DNA of 64,000 bases from Propionibacteriaceae bacterium (lineage in GTDB: Bacteria; Actinomycetota; Actinomycetes; Propionibacteriales; Propionibacteriaceae). A model generated the notes under the pieces. That model searched no databases and was not told where the DNA came from. It worked only from the letters and a program-made list of their open reading frames with translations. Below are positions 45,853 to 54,666 of the stretch, piece by piece. Made by a program: the position numbers and the translations under genes. The DNA lies in NCBI GenBank assembly GCA_036377435.1, contig DASUYM010000314.1:547-64546 (forward strand), written 5' to 3'. Position 1 is the first letter of the stretch, and each line of letters begins with the position of its first letter.

Positions 45853-47315
45853 GTGTCCGAGACGACCCGGTTCGCCTTGATCATCGCGCTGACCAGCGCT
45901 GTTGCGCTGGCTGCGGTGCTGGTCAACCGGCTGACTGCGCGCCTTCGAGTTCCGGCTCCTGTCTGGATGCTGGTCGCTGCCGCTGTCGCTGTGCAGGTTG
46001 TTCCTGGAATGCCGACGCCGCGGGACGACACGGTCCAGCAGGTCGTCGCAGTTGCGCTGGTTCTGATCTTGTTCAACGGCGGCAGGCACATCGGCTGGGC
46101 TCGGCTCCGGCACGCTCTCGGACTGATCATTGTCGTCGGGGTAGTCGGCACCTTCCTGACCGCGGCCGCCGGCAGCCTCCTGCTGCATGCGGCCTTCGGA
46201 CTAGCGTGGTATGTCGCTTTGCTGGTCGCGACTGCCGTCTCGCCGACCGACCCCGCAGTGGTGTTCTCGGTCCTCGGGAAACAGGAGATCGCTGGACGCA
46301 GCAGCACGATCTTGGAGGGCGAATCCGGGGCGAACGACCCAGTCGGGATCGCGCTGATGGGTGGGCTCCTGGCTGCTGGCGGAGTCGGTGGAGTCGCCTT
46401 CGGCCGCGTTGCTGCGGATTTCGTGCTTCAGATGACGATTGGGGTAGCCGCTGGCATTGCGGGCGGTGTCGCTCTGCTCTGGTTCATGCGCCGGGTCTCC
46501 CTTCCGAGCGAGGCCCTGTACCCGCTGCGAACGCTCGCGAGCGTCCTGCTTCTCTACGGCATAACGACGCTGCTGCACGGATCCGGCTTCCTCGCCGTCT
46601 TCATTGCCGGCATCGTGATCGGCCACCGCCGCGCCCCATACCAACGCGAGATTGAACGTTTCCACTCTGCACTCGCGGGACTTGCGGAGATCGTTGCCTT
46701 CGTGGTTTTGGGACTGACCATCGACCTGACGGTCCTGGCTCGGATGGATGTATGGCTGCCGGGACTGATTCTTGGCCTCGCGCTCGCGCTTGTGATTCGG
46801 CCGCTCGTTGTCGGTCTGTGCCTCCTTCCTGCACAGCTCGATCGCGGCGAGCGGATTTTTGTCTTGTTCGCAGGGCTCAAGGGAGCGGTGCCGATCTTGC
46901 TCGGCGAGCTGCTCCTCACGGCGGACGTACCGGATGCGGAGCGACTGTACGGGATCGTCGTCGTCGTGGTGATCTTCTCCGTCGTGGTGCAGGGCAGCCT
47001 GGTCCCACCGTCGCCCGGCGATTGGGAGTGCCTATGCAACCCGTCAGCCTGGAGCCATGGGCGGTCGACGTGCGGCTTCGAGCGGACCCGGATACGACTC
47101 ACCAGGTTAGCGTTGCTGCCGGGTCTCTCGTTGACGGCCGGACCGTCAAGGACGTCGCCGAGCTGGCTAGCAATATCTGGATCAGCATCGTCGTACGCGA
47201 TGGGCAGCTGTTGCCGGTACGCGGCGACACCCGACTGCGAGCACGTGACATGGTGACGCTGCTCACTGACGGTGACATTCCTGAGCGGGTCACCGAGATG
47301 TTCACCAAACCCTGA
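45853..47315 (+). pseudogene. cation:proton antiporter (CPA1) with C-terminal TrkA-C/RCK_C domain, apparent 1-nt frameshift
   Basis: GTG 45853 lies 6 nt after GAGGAG. There are 11-12 TM helices in the frame of ORF 45784..47256 up to ...FSVVVQGSLV. The expected continuation PTVARRLGVPMQP...VSVAAGSLVDGRTVKDVAELASNIWISIVVRDGQLLPVRGDTRLRARDMVTLL (TrkA-C) is in the frame of ORF 46752..47315. The switch is at the C-run 47004-47006, which has 3 C where 4 would keep the frame. Confidence 0.65.
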
Positions 47316-47320
47316 GCCAA

Positions 47321-47335
47321 CGCCGACAAGTCGGC
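47321..47335 (+). promoter_or_regulatory. 14-nt motif CGCCGACAAGTCGG(C) (copy c, perfect palindrome GCCGAC-AA-GTCGGC)
   Basis: It lies between the convergent antiporter and DLW-39 genes, 206 nt upstream of the lipoprotein gene. Confidence 0.3.
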
Positions 47336-47345
47336 TTTGAGAGAG

Positions 47346-47489
47346 TCAGCTCTCGCCGAAGCGGGCGACGGGGTCAGTGGCCTCAGCCCAGAGTTCCGCC
47401 TCAGATGCGGCTTGACGTGACTTACGGCGTACGAACCATAACGCGCCTCCGGCGACAGCCCCGACCGCGAGCGCGACCTTCCATTTCAC
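47346..47489 (-). CDS. DLW-39 family small membrane protein
   Basis: This gene is below the ORF-track size cutoff and was found by reading. GTG 47489 gives VKWKVALAVGAVAGGALWFVRRKSRQAASEAELWAEATDPVARFGES (47 aa). It has a TM helix plus the (D/E)LWAEATD signature. Confidence 0.6.
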   Translation of the reverse strand: MKWKVALAVGAVAGGALWFVRRKSRQAASEAELWAEATDPVARFGES

Positions 47490-47540
47490 GCGTCAACCTT
47501 AGCGGCCCGAGATCAGTCGCGGCCGGTACGGTGTCGGTCT

Positions 47541-48134
47541 ATGAGGCGACTCCTTGGAGCACTCATCGGCCTGCTGCTTGCCTTGGCGGCATGTGGTGTA
47601 CCGGCTGCCGACGAGCCGCAGCCCAACGTGGCTCCTACCAGCAGCAGCCCGGAAGGTACGCCGGTGGAGTCGACCCCACGCCCGAGCGCGGCCAGCGCCA
47701 GACCGGGCGAGGTGCCCGAGGAGCAACAGTTCAGCCTGGACGACGTCGCTGAGTTCGACGACGGGCTGCTGATCGAGATCGCCGGAGCGGTCGCGGACAA
47801 AGCGACGAAGACTGATCGCGGCGCTGAGGCGACGAACGGCGAGATCGTGGTCGCGTCGGTCCGCATCGAGAACAAGACCAAGGAACCGTACGACGCCGAG
47901 AACGTCCTGATCGGTGCAACGTACGGCACCGGCAAGGACGCGCAGATCATCATCGACAAGACCGACGAACTGCAGAGCGGCTTCACGGGCACGATCAGGC
48001 CCAAGGACGAAGACATCGCGACGGTAGGATTCGCCGTCCCGTACAAGGAGCTGAAGAAGGTGACCTTCATCGTCGACCCGAACGACGACGTACATGAGGC
48101 GATCAGCTTCACCGGCACGGTGCAACGGGACTGA
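47541..48134 (+). CDS. lipoprotein, DUF4352-like Ig-fold domain
   Basis: The lipobox is LLLALAAC-G. A Pro/Ser-rich linker follows. The domain region reads GLLIEIAGAVADKAT...GEIVVASVRIENKTKEPYDAENVLIGATYG. Confidence 0.7.
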   Translation: MRRLLGALIGLLLALAACGVPAADEPQPNVAPTSSSPEGTPVESTPRPSAASARPGEVPEEQQFSLDDVAEFDDGLLIEIAGAVADKATKTDRGAEATNGEIVVASVRIENKTKEPYDAENVLIGATYGTGKDAQIIIDKTDELQSGFTGTIRPKDEDIATVGFAVPYKELKKVTFIVDPNDDVHEAISFTGTVQRD

Positions 48135-48198
48135 GGCAGGGAGATCGAGATCGCGTATGACAGTGCCGCTGAGCTCGTCGAAGCGTGCCTTCACAGGC

Positions 48199-51126
48199 TC
48201 AGGGCAGAGTCAGACCGACCCGGTGAGCTAGGGCCGCAGCCTCGCCTCGACCGCTGACCCCGAGCTTGGCCAAGATGTTGGAGACATGCACGCTGGCCGT
48301 CTTGGTACTGATAAACAGGGCGGAGCCGATCTCGCCATTGGACCGGCCGGCTGCCACCAGTTGCAGCACCTCGAGTTCGCGTGGCGTCAGGCCCGCCACC
48401 GGACTCTCCTTCGTCGACGGAGTGACCGCGAAACCGGCACGCTGCGCGAGCGCTGAAATCCGATCGGCCAGCAGGGTCGAGCCGAGCGCGACGGCACCTT
48501 CTGAAGCCGTCGCTAGCACCTCCTTGGCCTCGACACGCTCCCGTCCCGCGACCAAGTGCTGGCCGAGTCGCAGGCCCGCGTACGGACGCAGATGGGCAGG
48601 CGCCGGCTGCGCGGCCAGCTGATCGAATGCGGACCGCCAAGCTTCTGCCGTGTCATCCAGCTCCGCGATGATCATCGGCTCCCAGAATTGGCGGATGCGT
48701 ACGTGCATCGAGCGATGATCAAAGAAGTCCCGAACGAGCGCCAATCGCTCCCCCGTGCCCTCCCGCTCGTCGAGAACCCGGGCAGCCGTCGCACCAACCG
48801 CAAGCACCGGGTAGCACTGAGTCCGTTCGTAGAGCTCCCAACGATCAAAGAACACCTTCACATCGGACCAGACTCGCTGATGATCACCCACAGCGAGGGC
48901 GTGCTCGGCGTCGGTGCGGATTGCCTGGCTGTTGTACTGCGGCGATAGCTGCCCGTTGGTGATCAGCGGTCGAAACTCGGCCAGCACTGCATCCGCCTCG
49001 TCGAGCTGGCCACGCCACACATGCAGCCAGGCTTGGAGCAGCCGCAGGTGAGCATGATGGTGCGCTGGCGGATCCAGTTCCAGCGCCCGCTCGATCATGG
49101 CCGACGCCCGCGTCCACTCTCCCAGCGCCAGAAGGGGTTCGGCGGCATTCCCGGCGAGCATGGCACCGAGGGAGCGTTCCAGACCAAGCTCACCCGCGAC
49201 GTCGACACCGCTCAAGGCCTGGCGTGCTGCGTCGTCGTAGCGGCCGACATGGTTGAGCGCATCGGAGTAGTTGATATAGAAGCGCAGCAGCGTCCGGGTG
49301 TTGCTGCGCGCAAGGTGGCTGACTCGCTCGAACGCGGCGAGCCCTTCTTCCTCTTGGCCGGCGGCAGCCAGGCTGGTGCCGAATGTGATCCACGCGTTCG
49401 CCGTGACCGAGTCGGAGTCAGCGAGGGCCGCGGCCTCGACAGCTTGCTGCGAGAACTCAATGCCCTGCTGGACATCGCCGGACAGCATGGTCCGACGGGC
49501 CAGCATCTCCAACACTCGGGCGCGTAGCTTGGGATCGGCGTCCTTCGGGAGGATTTCATGAGCTTCGCGGAGGGCTTCGACGCCGCCAGAATCCATCAGG
49601 CTGAACTTCGTACGCGCCCGGATGATCAAGGCCTCAATGCGCTCGCGAGGTTTCTCCTTCGCGTCTAGTTCATCGAGAGCGGCACTCACCAGCGCGAGAG
49701 ATCGTTCGATCTCACCGGCATCCTCGGCGGCGTACGCGGCGCGCATCAGCAAGCTCGCGTGCGGCCCAGCGACCGATTGTGGATCGTCCACCTGATCCCA
49801 TAGCTCCAGGGCCCGCTCGTACAGCTTGAGCGCCTCATGGAACGCCGCAGACCCCGACTCGGCGGCGGTCAGCGCCCACCGGAAAGCCTTGTTCACATCG
49901 TGCGCTGCGTTCCAGTGGTGAGCGATCTCCAAGGGAGCGGCTTCGGCACTCATGAGCTCTGGATGCTCCTCCAAAATCTTTGCGAAGCGGGCATGCAAAC
50001 GAGCGTGCTGGCCTGGCAGCAGATCGTCGTGGATCACCTCGCGCAAGAGCGCGTGCCGGAAGGAGTATCCGGTCTCGTCCACCGTGAGGACAGCCGCGTC
50101 AATTGCCTCCCGGAGTTGGCTCTCCAAGTCCCCATCCGCGGCATCCGCCGCCGCTGCGAGCAGCTCGTGATCAACACGGTTTCCCGCGACCGCGGCCAAT
50201 TGCAGGGTTTGCTGCGCCCGGTCGGAAAGGCTCAGGACGCGTACGTTCAACGCGTCCCGCAGCGTGTCCGGCATATCGATACACCCACGGGCCGCCGATC
50301 GGGTGAGCTCTTCGACGAAGTACGGAATGCCCTCGCTGCGCTTGTAGACCAGATCGATCACCACGTTGCTCGGCGGCCGTTCCATCAACTGGGTCAACAG
50401 CTCGGCGACCTCAGCGCGCTCCAGATTGGGTACATCGACGCGTACGGTGCCCGGGAAGCGACCCACCTCGGCCAGGAACGGACGCAATGGATGGCGACGG
50501 GTGAGTTCATCGGTGCGGTATGTCGTGATGATCATCACCGGGGCATCGGCCAAGGCGCGGGCCAAGAAGCGGAGCACATGACGAGTGGACTCGTCAGCCC
50601 AGTGGATGTCCTCCATGATCACCACGAGCGGCCCGTTCTCGCTGGCCCGCTCCATCAGCATGGTGACGGCCTCAAAGAGCTGCAGCCGGATCGTGTCCTC
50701 GTTCTCACGCGTGGCTGTGCCTACGTCAGGAAGCAGAGCGCCGAGCGCCTGCCGGCCGGCACCGACCCACTCGACGATCTGCTCGCGGCCATGCTGGTTC
50801 TCCAGATCCCGCAATGCACCGACGATCGGTGCGTACGGCAAGCCTTCCTCGCCCATGGGGACGCACTGACCCCGGATCAGCTGGGCCTTGCGGTCGGCGA
50901 GCGGACCAAACAGATCGGCAACGAACGCCTCGACGACCGTGGTCTTGCCGGCGCCGGCGTCACCGCCGATGATCACAAACCGGCTGCCGTCGTCAATGAC
51001 ATCGTCGAGAGTCTGGCCAAGTCGAGCACGCTGTTCCGCCCTCCCGACGACGTACTGCGTCCGAACGGTGGTGGCCGATCTGGCCGCTTTCACCATGAGC
51101 ACTATCGTGCCACCAGCCTGTGACAC
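48199..51126 (-). CDS. LuxR-family large ATP-binding (LAL) transcriptional regulator
   Basis: The Walker A motif is FVIIGGDAGAGKTTVVEAF and the Walker B region is LVVIMEDIHWADEST. TPR-like repeats follow. The C-terminal HTH is LTPRELEVLQLVAAGRSNGEIGSALFISTKTASVHVSNILAKLGV. Confidence 0.85.
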   Translation of the reverse strand: MSQAGGTIVLMVKAARSATTVRTQYVVGRAEQRARLGQTLDDVIDDGSRFVIIGGDAGAGKTTVVEAFVADLFGPLADRKAQLIRGQCVPMGEEGLPYAPIVGALRDLENQHGREQIVEWVGAGRQALGALLPDVGTATRENEDTIRLQLFEAVTMLMERASENGPLVVIMEDIHWADESTRHVLRFLARALADAPVMIITTYRTDELTRRHPLRPFLAEVGRFPGTVRVDVPNLERAEVAELLTQLMERPPSNVVIDLVYKRSEGIPYFVEELTRSAARGCIDMPDTLRDALNVRVLSLSDRAQQTLQLAAVAGNRVDHELLAAAADAADGDLESQLREAIDAAVLTVDETGYSFRHALLREVIHDDLLPGQHARLHARFAKILEEHPELMSAEAAPLEIAHHWNAAHDVNKAFRWALTAAESGSAAFHEALKLYERALELWDQVDDPQSVAGPHASLLMRAAYAAEDAGEIERSLALVSAALDELDAKEKPRERIEALIIRARTKFSLMDSGGVEALREAHEILPKDADPKLRARVLEMLARRTMLSGDVQQGIEFSQQAVEAAALADSDSVTANAWITFGTSLAAAGQEEEGLAAFERVSHLARSNTRTLLRFYINYSDALNHVGRYDDAARQALSGVDVAGELGLERSLGAMLAGNAAEPLLALGEWTRASAMIERALELDPPAHHHAHLRLLQAWLHVWRGQLDEADAVLAEFRPLITNGQLSPQYNSQAIRTDAEHALAVGDHQRVWSDVKVFFDRWELYERTQCYPVLAVGATAARVLDEREGTGERLALVRDFFDHRSMHVRIRQFWEPMIIAELDDTAEAWRSAFDQLAAQPAPAHLRPYAGLRLGQHLVAGRERVEAKEVLATASEGAVALGSTLLADRISALAQRAGFAVTPSTKESPVAGLTPRELEVLQLVAAGRSNGEIGSALFISTKTASVHVSNILAKLGVSGRGEAAALAHRVGLTLP

Positions 51127-51141
51127 CCGGCCGGGTCGCGC

Positions 51142-51336
51142 TTAGTGCGCGACCCGGTGCTGGGGCGCCGCGATGGCGATGCGTCGTTGTCCGCGACGGG
51201 ACAACACCCTGCGCCACCAGCTCACGTGACCGCTCATCGCCAACCGAACCCGCCGGTTGTGCTCAGCCAGTCTCGCCAAGTCACGCTCCTGCTGATCGTT
51301 CAGCGTCTGGAACGTGTAGTCATTCATCAAGCTCAT
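51142..51336 (-). CDS. small hypothetical protein directly upstream of the LAL regulator
   Basis: The ORF is 64 aa. A strong AAGGAGG lies 5 nt before the ATG. The stop is 15 nt from the LAL start. No family is recognised. Confidence 0.45.
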   Translation of the reverse strand: MSLMNDYTFQTLNDQQERDLARLAEHNRRVRLAMSGHVSWWRRVLSRRGQRRIAIAAPQHRVAH

Positions 51337-51432
51337 TTCAGCCTCCTTGTTGTCCTTGTAACCATGGTGTTTCTAAGGCGTGGAGGCCTAACACGTGGAG
51401 ATGACGTATCTTTTCGGCCAGCTACGGTCTGA

Positions 51433-51456
51433 GGTACCTAAGGTGCCTTAGATACC
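51433..51456. promoter_or_regulatory. operator-like palindrome GGTAcCTAAGG-TG-CCTTAGaTACC
   Basis: The arms are 11 bp with one mismatch and are A+T-rich. The site is in the divergent intergenic region between the small-ORF/LAL operon and the topoisomerase IB gene. Confidence 0.3.
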
Positions 51457-51494
51457 CGACCTGCCAGCGTCGGCGGTCGTTCTGGCGACCACTC

Positions 51495-51509
51495 CGCTGA
51501 CAAGTCGGC
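51495..51509 (+). promoter_or_regulatory. 14-nt motif CGCTGACAAGTCGG(C) (copy d)
   Basis: It is identical to copy b over 14 nt and ends 22 nt upstream of the topoisomerase IB GTG. Confidence 0.35.
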
Positions 51510-51530
51510 AAAACGGGTACAACTACAGAC

Positions 51531-52547
51531 GTGCCGAGGCTGAGAAGGGTTTCACCACGAGATCCCGGATGGACCCGGCGGCGCGCCGGGAAGGGGTTCG
51601 TCTACCTGGACGAGTCCGGGAACCGCCTAGCCGCGGAAGAGAGTCAGCGCTGCAAGCTCCTGGTCATTCCGCCGGCGTGGGAGCAGGTGTGGATCTGCCC
51701 GGTACCCAATGGGCACCTGCAGGCGGTCGGCGTCGACGACGCCGGCCGGCGGCAGTACATCTACCACGAGCAGTGGCGACTCCAGCGTGATCGGTTGAAG
51801 CACGACAGGGTGCTTGAGATCGCCGCCCGACTCCCGTCGGCGCGACGGACAGTAGCCAAGCATCTCCAGCTGGAGGGAATGCCGTATCAGCGCGCGTTGG
51901 GAACTGCCTTTCAACTTCTTGATCTTGGTTTCTTCCGGATCGGCGGCGAGGCGTACGCGGAGATCAACAACAGCTACGGTCTGGCCACGATCCAAAAGGA
52001 GCACGTCACGATCGAGGCCGGAGCGGTGATCTTCAACTACGTCGCCAAGTCCGGTCAGGAGCGATACGTGGCGCTCGCTGATGATCTTGTTCTGCGAGCC
52101 GTCCGCGACCTGCTCGCACGACAGGGAGGAGGGCCAGAACTCCTCGCGTACCAAGATGGACAGCAGTGGCACGACGTCAGCTCCAACGACATCAACAGCT
52201 ACCTCAAGGACCTGCTCGGCGATGAGATGTCGGCCAAGGACTTCCGTACCTGGCACGGCACCGTGATCGCCGCCGTAGTGCTGGCGGAGGCCAATGAACG
52301 CGCCAGAAGTGTCAGCGCCCGCAAGCGGGTCGTTTCTGCAGCGATGAAGGAAGTGGCGGGCTATCTCGGCAATACGCCGGCGGTCGCCCGCGCATCTTAC
52401 GTCGACCCGCGGGTGATCGATCTCTTCAACGACGGCGTGACGATCTCACCAGCGCTGGCCGCGACGGATACCGATCTTTCGGACGGCACCACGCATGGCA
52501 AGATCGAACGGGCCGTACTGAACCTGCTGGGAGCCGAGCCCAGCTGA
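51531..52547 (+). CDS. type IB DNA topoisomerase (poxvirus/eukaryote-like, bacterial TopIB)
   Basis: The N-terminus reads DPGWTRRRAGKGFVYLDESG. The catalytic region reads FRIGGEAYAEINNSYGLATIQKEHV...YVAKSGQER...SAKDFRTWHGT. The active-site tyrosine context is ARASYVDPRVI. Confidence 0.8.
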   Translation: MPRLRRVSPRDPGWTRRRAGKGFVYLDESGNRLAAEESQRCKLLVIPPAWEQVWICPVPNGHLQAVGVDDAGRRQYIYHEQWRLQRDRLKHDRVLEIAARLPSARRTVAKHLQLEGMPYQRALGTAFQLLDLGFFRIGGEAYAEINNSYGLATIQKEHVTIEAGAVIFNYVAKSGQERYVALADDLVLRAVRDLLARQGGGPELLAYQDGQQWHDVSSNDINSYLKDLLGDEMSAKDFRTWHGTVIAAVVLAEANERARSVSARKRVVSAAMKEVAGYLGNTPAVARASYVDPRVIDLFNDGVTISPALAATDTDLSDGTTHGKIERAVLNLLGAEPS

Positions 52548-52561
52548 CCGCGATCAGATGA

Positions 52562-53059
52562 TCACTCGACTTCAGGGCTGCCCTGGCGTGTCATCAAGGA
52601 CTCGAGCAACTCCATGTCCTGCTGTGCCAGCCAGGTCTCCTCGAGCGGGGTGCCCCCAGCCCGCTGGATCGCGGCGCTCAAGGGAGCGGCCCAGACGTGC
52701 TCGATGAGCGCAACAGCCGCAGTACTGCCGGTGGGTATGGCATCGGCGAGCGACCAGGTTGCGGCAGATTCGATCTTGCCCGCATCCGGCTCTGCTTCGA
52801 TCTTGGTCGGCTCCGGCGCTGTGTCCGCTGCCACCGCTGGCCGACCGAGAATCTCGGCGGCCACTCCGCCAAGATCGGCTGCGAATCCTTCCGGTGCTGT
52901 CATCGTTTCAAGAGCGCCGTCCTCGGTGCGCGAGACAAGAAGGAGGTCGATGAGCCGGACGATGCCGGCCTCCCGCAGCCGGGTAAATTCCGCAAGCACG
53001 TCGCCGGAAAACCTCGGCTGATCGAAGCCGACAACCAGCACCTGCACTGGTCCGATCAC
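52562..53059 (-). CDS. DUF6325/DUF1269-related soluble stress protein
   Basis: The sequence includes IGPVQVLVVGFDQPRFSGDVLAEFTRLREAGIVRLIDLLLVSRTEDGALE. The GTG start overlaps the upstream stop (GTGA). Confidence 0.55.
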   Translation of the reverse strand: MIGPVQVLVVGFDQPRFSGDVLAEFTRLREAGIVRLIDLLLVSRTEDGALETMTAPEGFAADLGGVAAEILGRPAVAADTAPEPTKIEAEPDAGKIESAATWSLADAIPTGSTAAVALIEHVWAAPLSAAIQRAGGTPLEETWLAQQDMELLESLMTRQGSPEVE

Positions 53060-53430
53060 GTGATCACCCGCGCCCGCAGCTCCTGAAACTCCGCCTGCGT
53101 GATCACCCCGGCATCCAACAGCTGCTGCAGCGCCAGCTGCGTGTCTGGTTGTGTCCTTGCTGGAGAATCGGTCCCTCGGGACGGGACGGGCGCCCGAACG
53201 AAGGCTCCGCCGGCCGTGGTGAGGTCAGGAAAAGACGGCGGCGGCGCGGACGGATGGGAGGCCGCGTACGCCTGTGCCGGCGAGAACCGACCGCCGTAGT
53301 AGGGCACATTCCCGGTCATTCCAGCGCGCCGCAGCTGCTTGGGCACCAAGAGCATCGGGCCTCCTCGGTCAATTACTCTGACAGTTGCACGCTCGACAGG
53401 CTCAGCGCGCATGAGCGTATCGTCTACCAA
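53056..53430 (-). CDS. SHOCT domain protein
   Basis: The C-terminus LALQQLLDAGVITQAEFQELRARVIT is the SHOCT motif. The middle is Pro-rich. Confidence 0.65.
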   Translation of the reverse strand: MVDDTLMRAEPVERATVRVIDRGGPMLLVPKQLRRAGMTGNVPYYGGRFSPAQAYAASHPSAPPPSFPDLTTAGGAFVRAPVPSRGTDSPARTQPDTQLALQQLLDAGVITQAEFQELRARVIT

Positions 53431-53691
53431 AGTGTGAGCGCTCCTCTAGGGCTGTAGCCGGTAGAAACCGCCAGAAGTCCGTTTCGACGTCAAGACCCTC
53501 AAACCGGCCAAGCCCGGCTTCCTCGGCATACCTCGACGCCTTCGTAGCCCTTGTAGTGCGGGTGGTCGGGGTCGGCGAGGTCGGGACACCTCCTCCTGTC
53601 GCTGGGTCTGCGGATCGAGCGCCTGCAGAAGGCAAAGCGGGTTGTCGCCGCACAGGCTTGCTACGGTGGGCCAAAACGTCGAGGAGCATGT

Positions 53692-54666
53692 ATGGGCATC
53701 CGCAGCATGGTGGGCTCGACGCTTGAGTCGGCCATCGGTCGCGAGCGCACGAACACGATACGCAGGACGGAACGGAAGGCGCGGAACGCGTTGGCCAAGC
53801 GGCTGGCAGTGGAGCCACCGAAGAAGCCGGCCGCGAAGCCCTCGCCTAAACCGAGCGCCCGCAAGCCCAAAGCAGCGGCTAAGCCCTCGCCGTGGCAGCC
53901 GCCAGACCCGTTCGTGTCGCACCCGGAGCCGAGGATGAGCCGCCATGAGCTGCTCCAAGGGCTTCATGAGAAGACACGGCCCCGCACATATCTGGAGATC
54001 GGGATCAGAACCGGCAGGAGCCTGACGCTCTCGCGTGCCCGTTCGATCGGAGTGGACCCTCTCTTCAAGATCGACAACCCGATTCACTGCGATGTGCAGT
54101 TGATCAAGGCCACTAGCGACGACTTCTTCGCCGGCGACGACCCGCTGGCCCACTTCGAGGGCGCCCCAGTTGATCTTGCTTTTATCGACGGGATGCACCT
54201 CTCGGACTTCGCGCTCCGCGACTTCATCAACATCGAGCTGTACATGGCCGACACCGGCGTCGTTGTGCTCGACGACGTGCTACCGCGCAACGGACTCGAA
54301 GCCGCTCGCGTTCGCAAGACCGAGCCGTGGACAGGCGATGTGTACAAGGTCGTCGAGATCTTGCGCCGGAGGCGACCTGATCTCGTCGTGCTACTCGTCA
54401 ACACCGCACCTACCGGTACCGCAGTGGTCGTCGGCGTCGATCACGCGTCCACAATTCTCAGGGACGCGTACGCGGAGGAAGAGCCGTACCTGCTGCGTCC
54501 GGATCCGCAGACGCCGCCGCAGGAGTATCTGGACCGCTCCATCGCCGTTGCGCCGGACATCCTCCTCGAGTCCCCGGCGTGGGAGCGGCTTGTCGCTGTC
54601 CGCGAGTCAGGAGCCTCAGCCGACCTTTCACCGCTCTGGGCCGAGTTGCGAAGCCTGGTTCCCTAA
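53692..54666 (+). CDS. class I SAM-dependent methyltransferase (CmcI/Methyltransf_24-like) with basic AKP-rich N-terminal tail
   Basis: The core reads RTYLEIGIRTGRSLTL...VDLAFIDGMHLSDFALRDF...GVVVLDDVLPRN...WTGDVYKVV. The N-terminal tail is KKPAAKPSPKPSARKPKAAAKPSP. Confidence 0.65.
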   Translation: MGIRSMVGSTLESAIGRERTNTIRRTERKARNALAKRLAVEPPKKPAAKPSPKPSARKPKAAAKPSPWQPPDPFVSHPEPRMSRHELLQGLHEKTRPRTYLEIGIRTGRSLTLSRARSIGVDPLFKIDNPIHCDVQLIKATSDDFFAGDDPLAHFEGAPVDLAFIDGMHLSDFALRDFINIELYMADTGVVVLDDVLPRNGLEAARVRKTEPWTGDVYKVVEILRRRRPDLVVLLVNTAPTGTAVVVGVDHASTILRDAYAEEEPYLLRPDPQTPPQEYLDRSIAVAPDILLESPAWERLVAVRESGASADLSPLWAELRSLVP

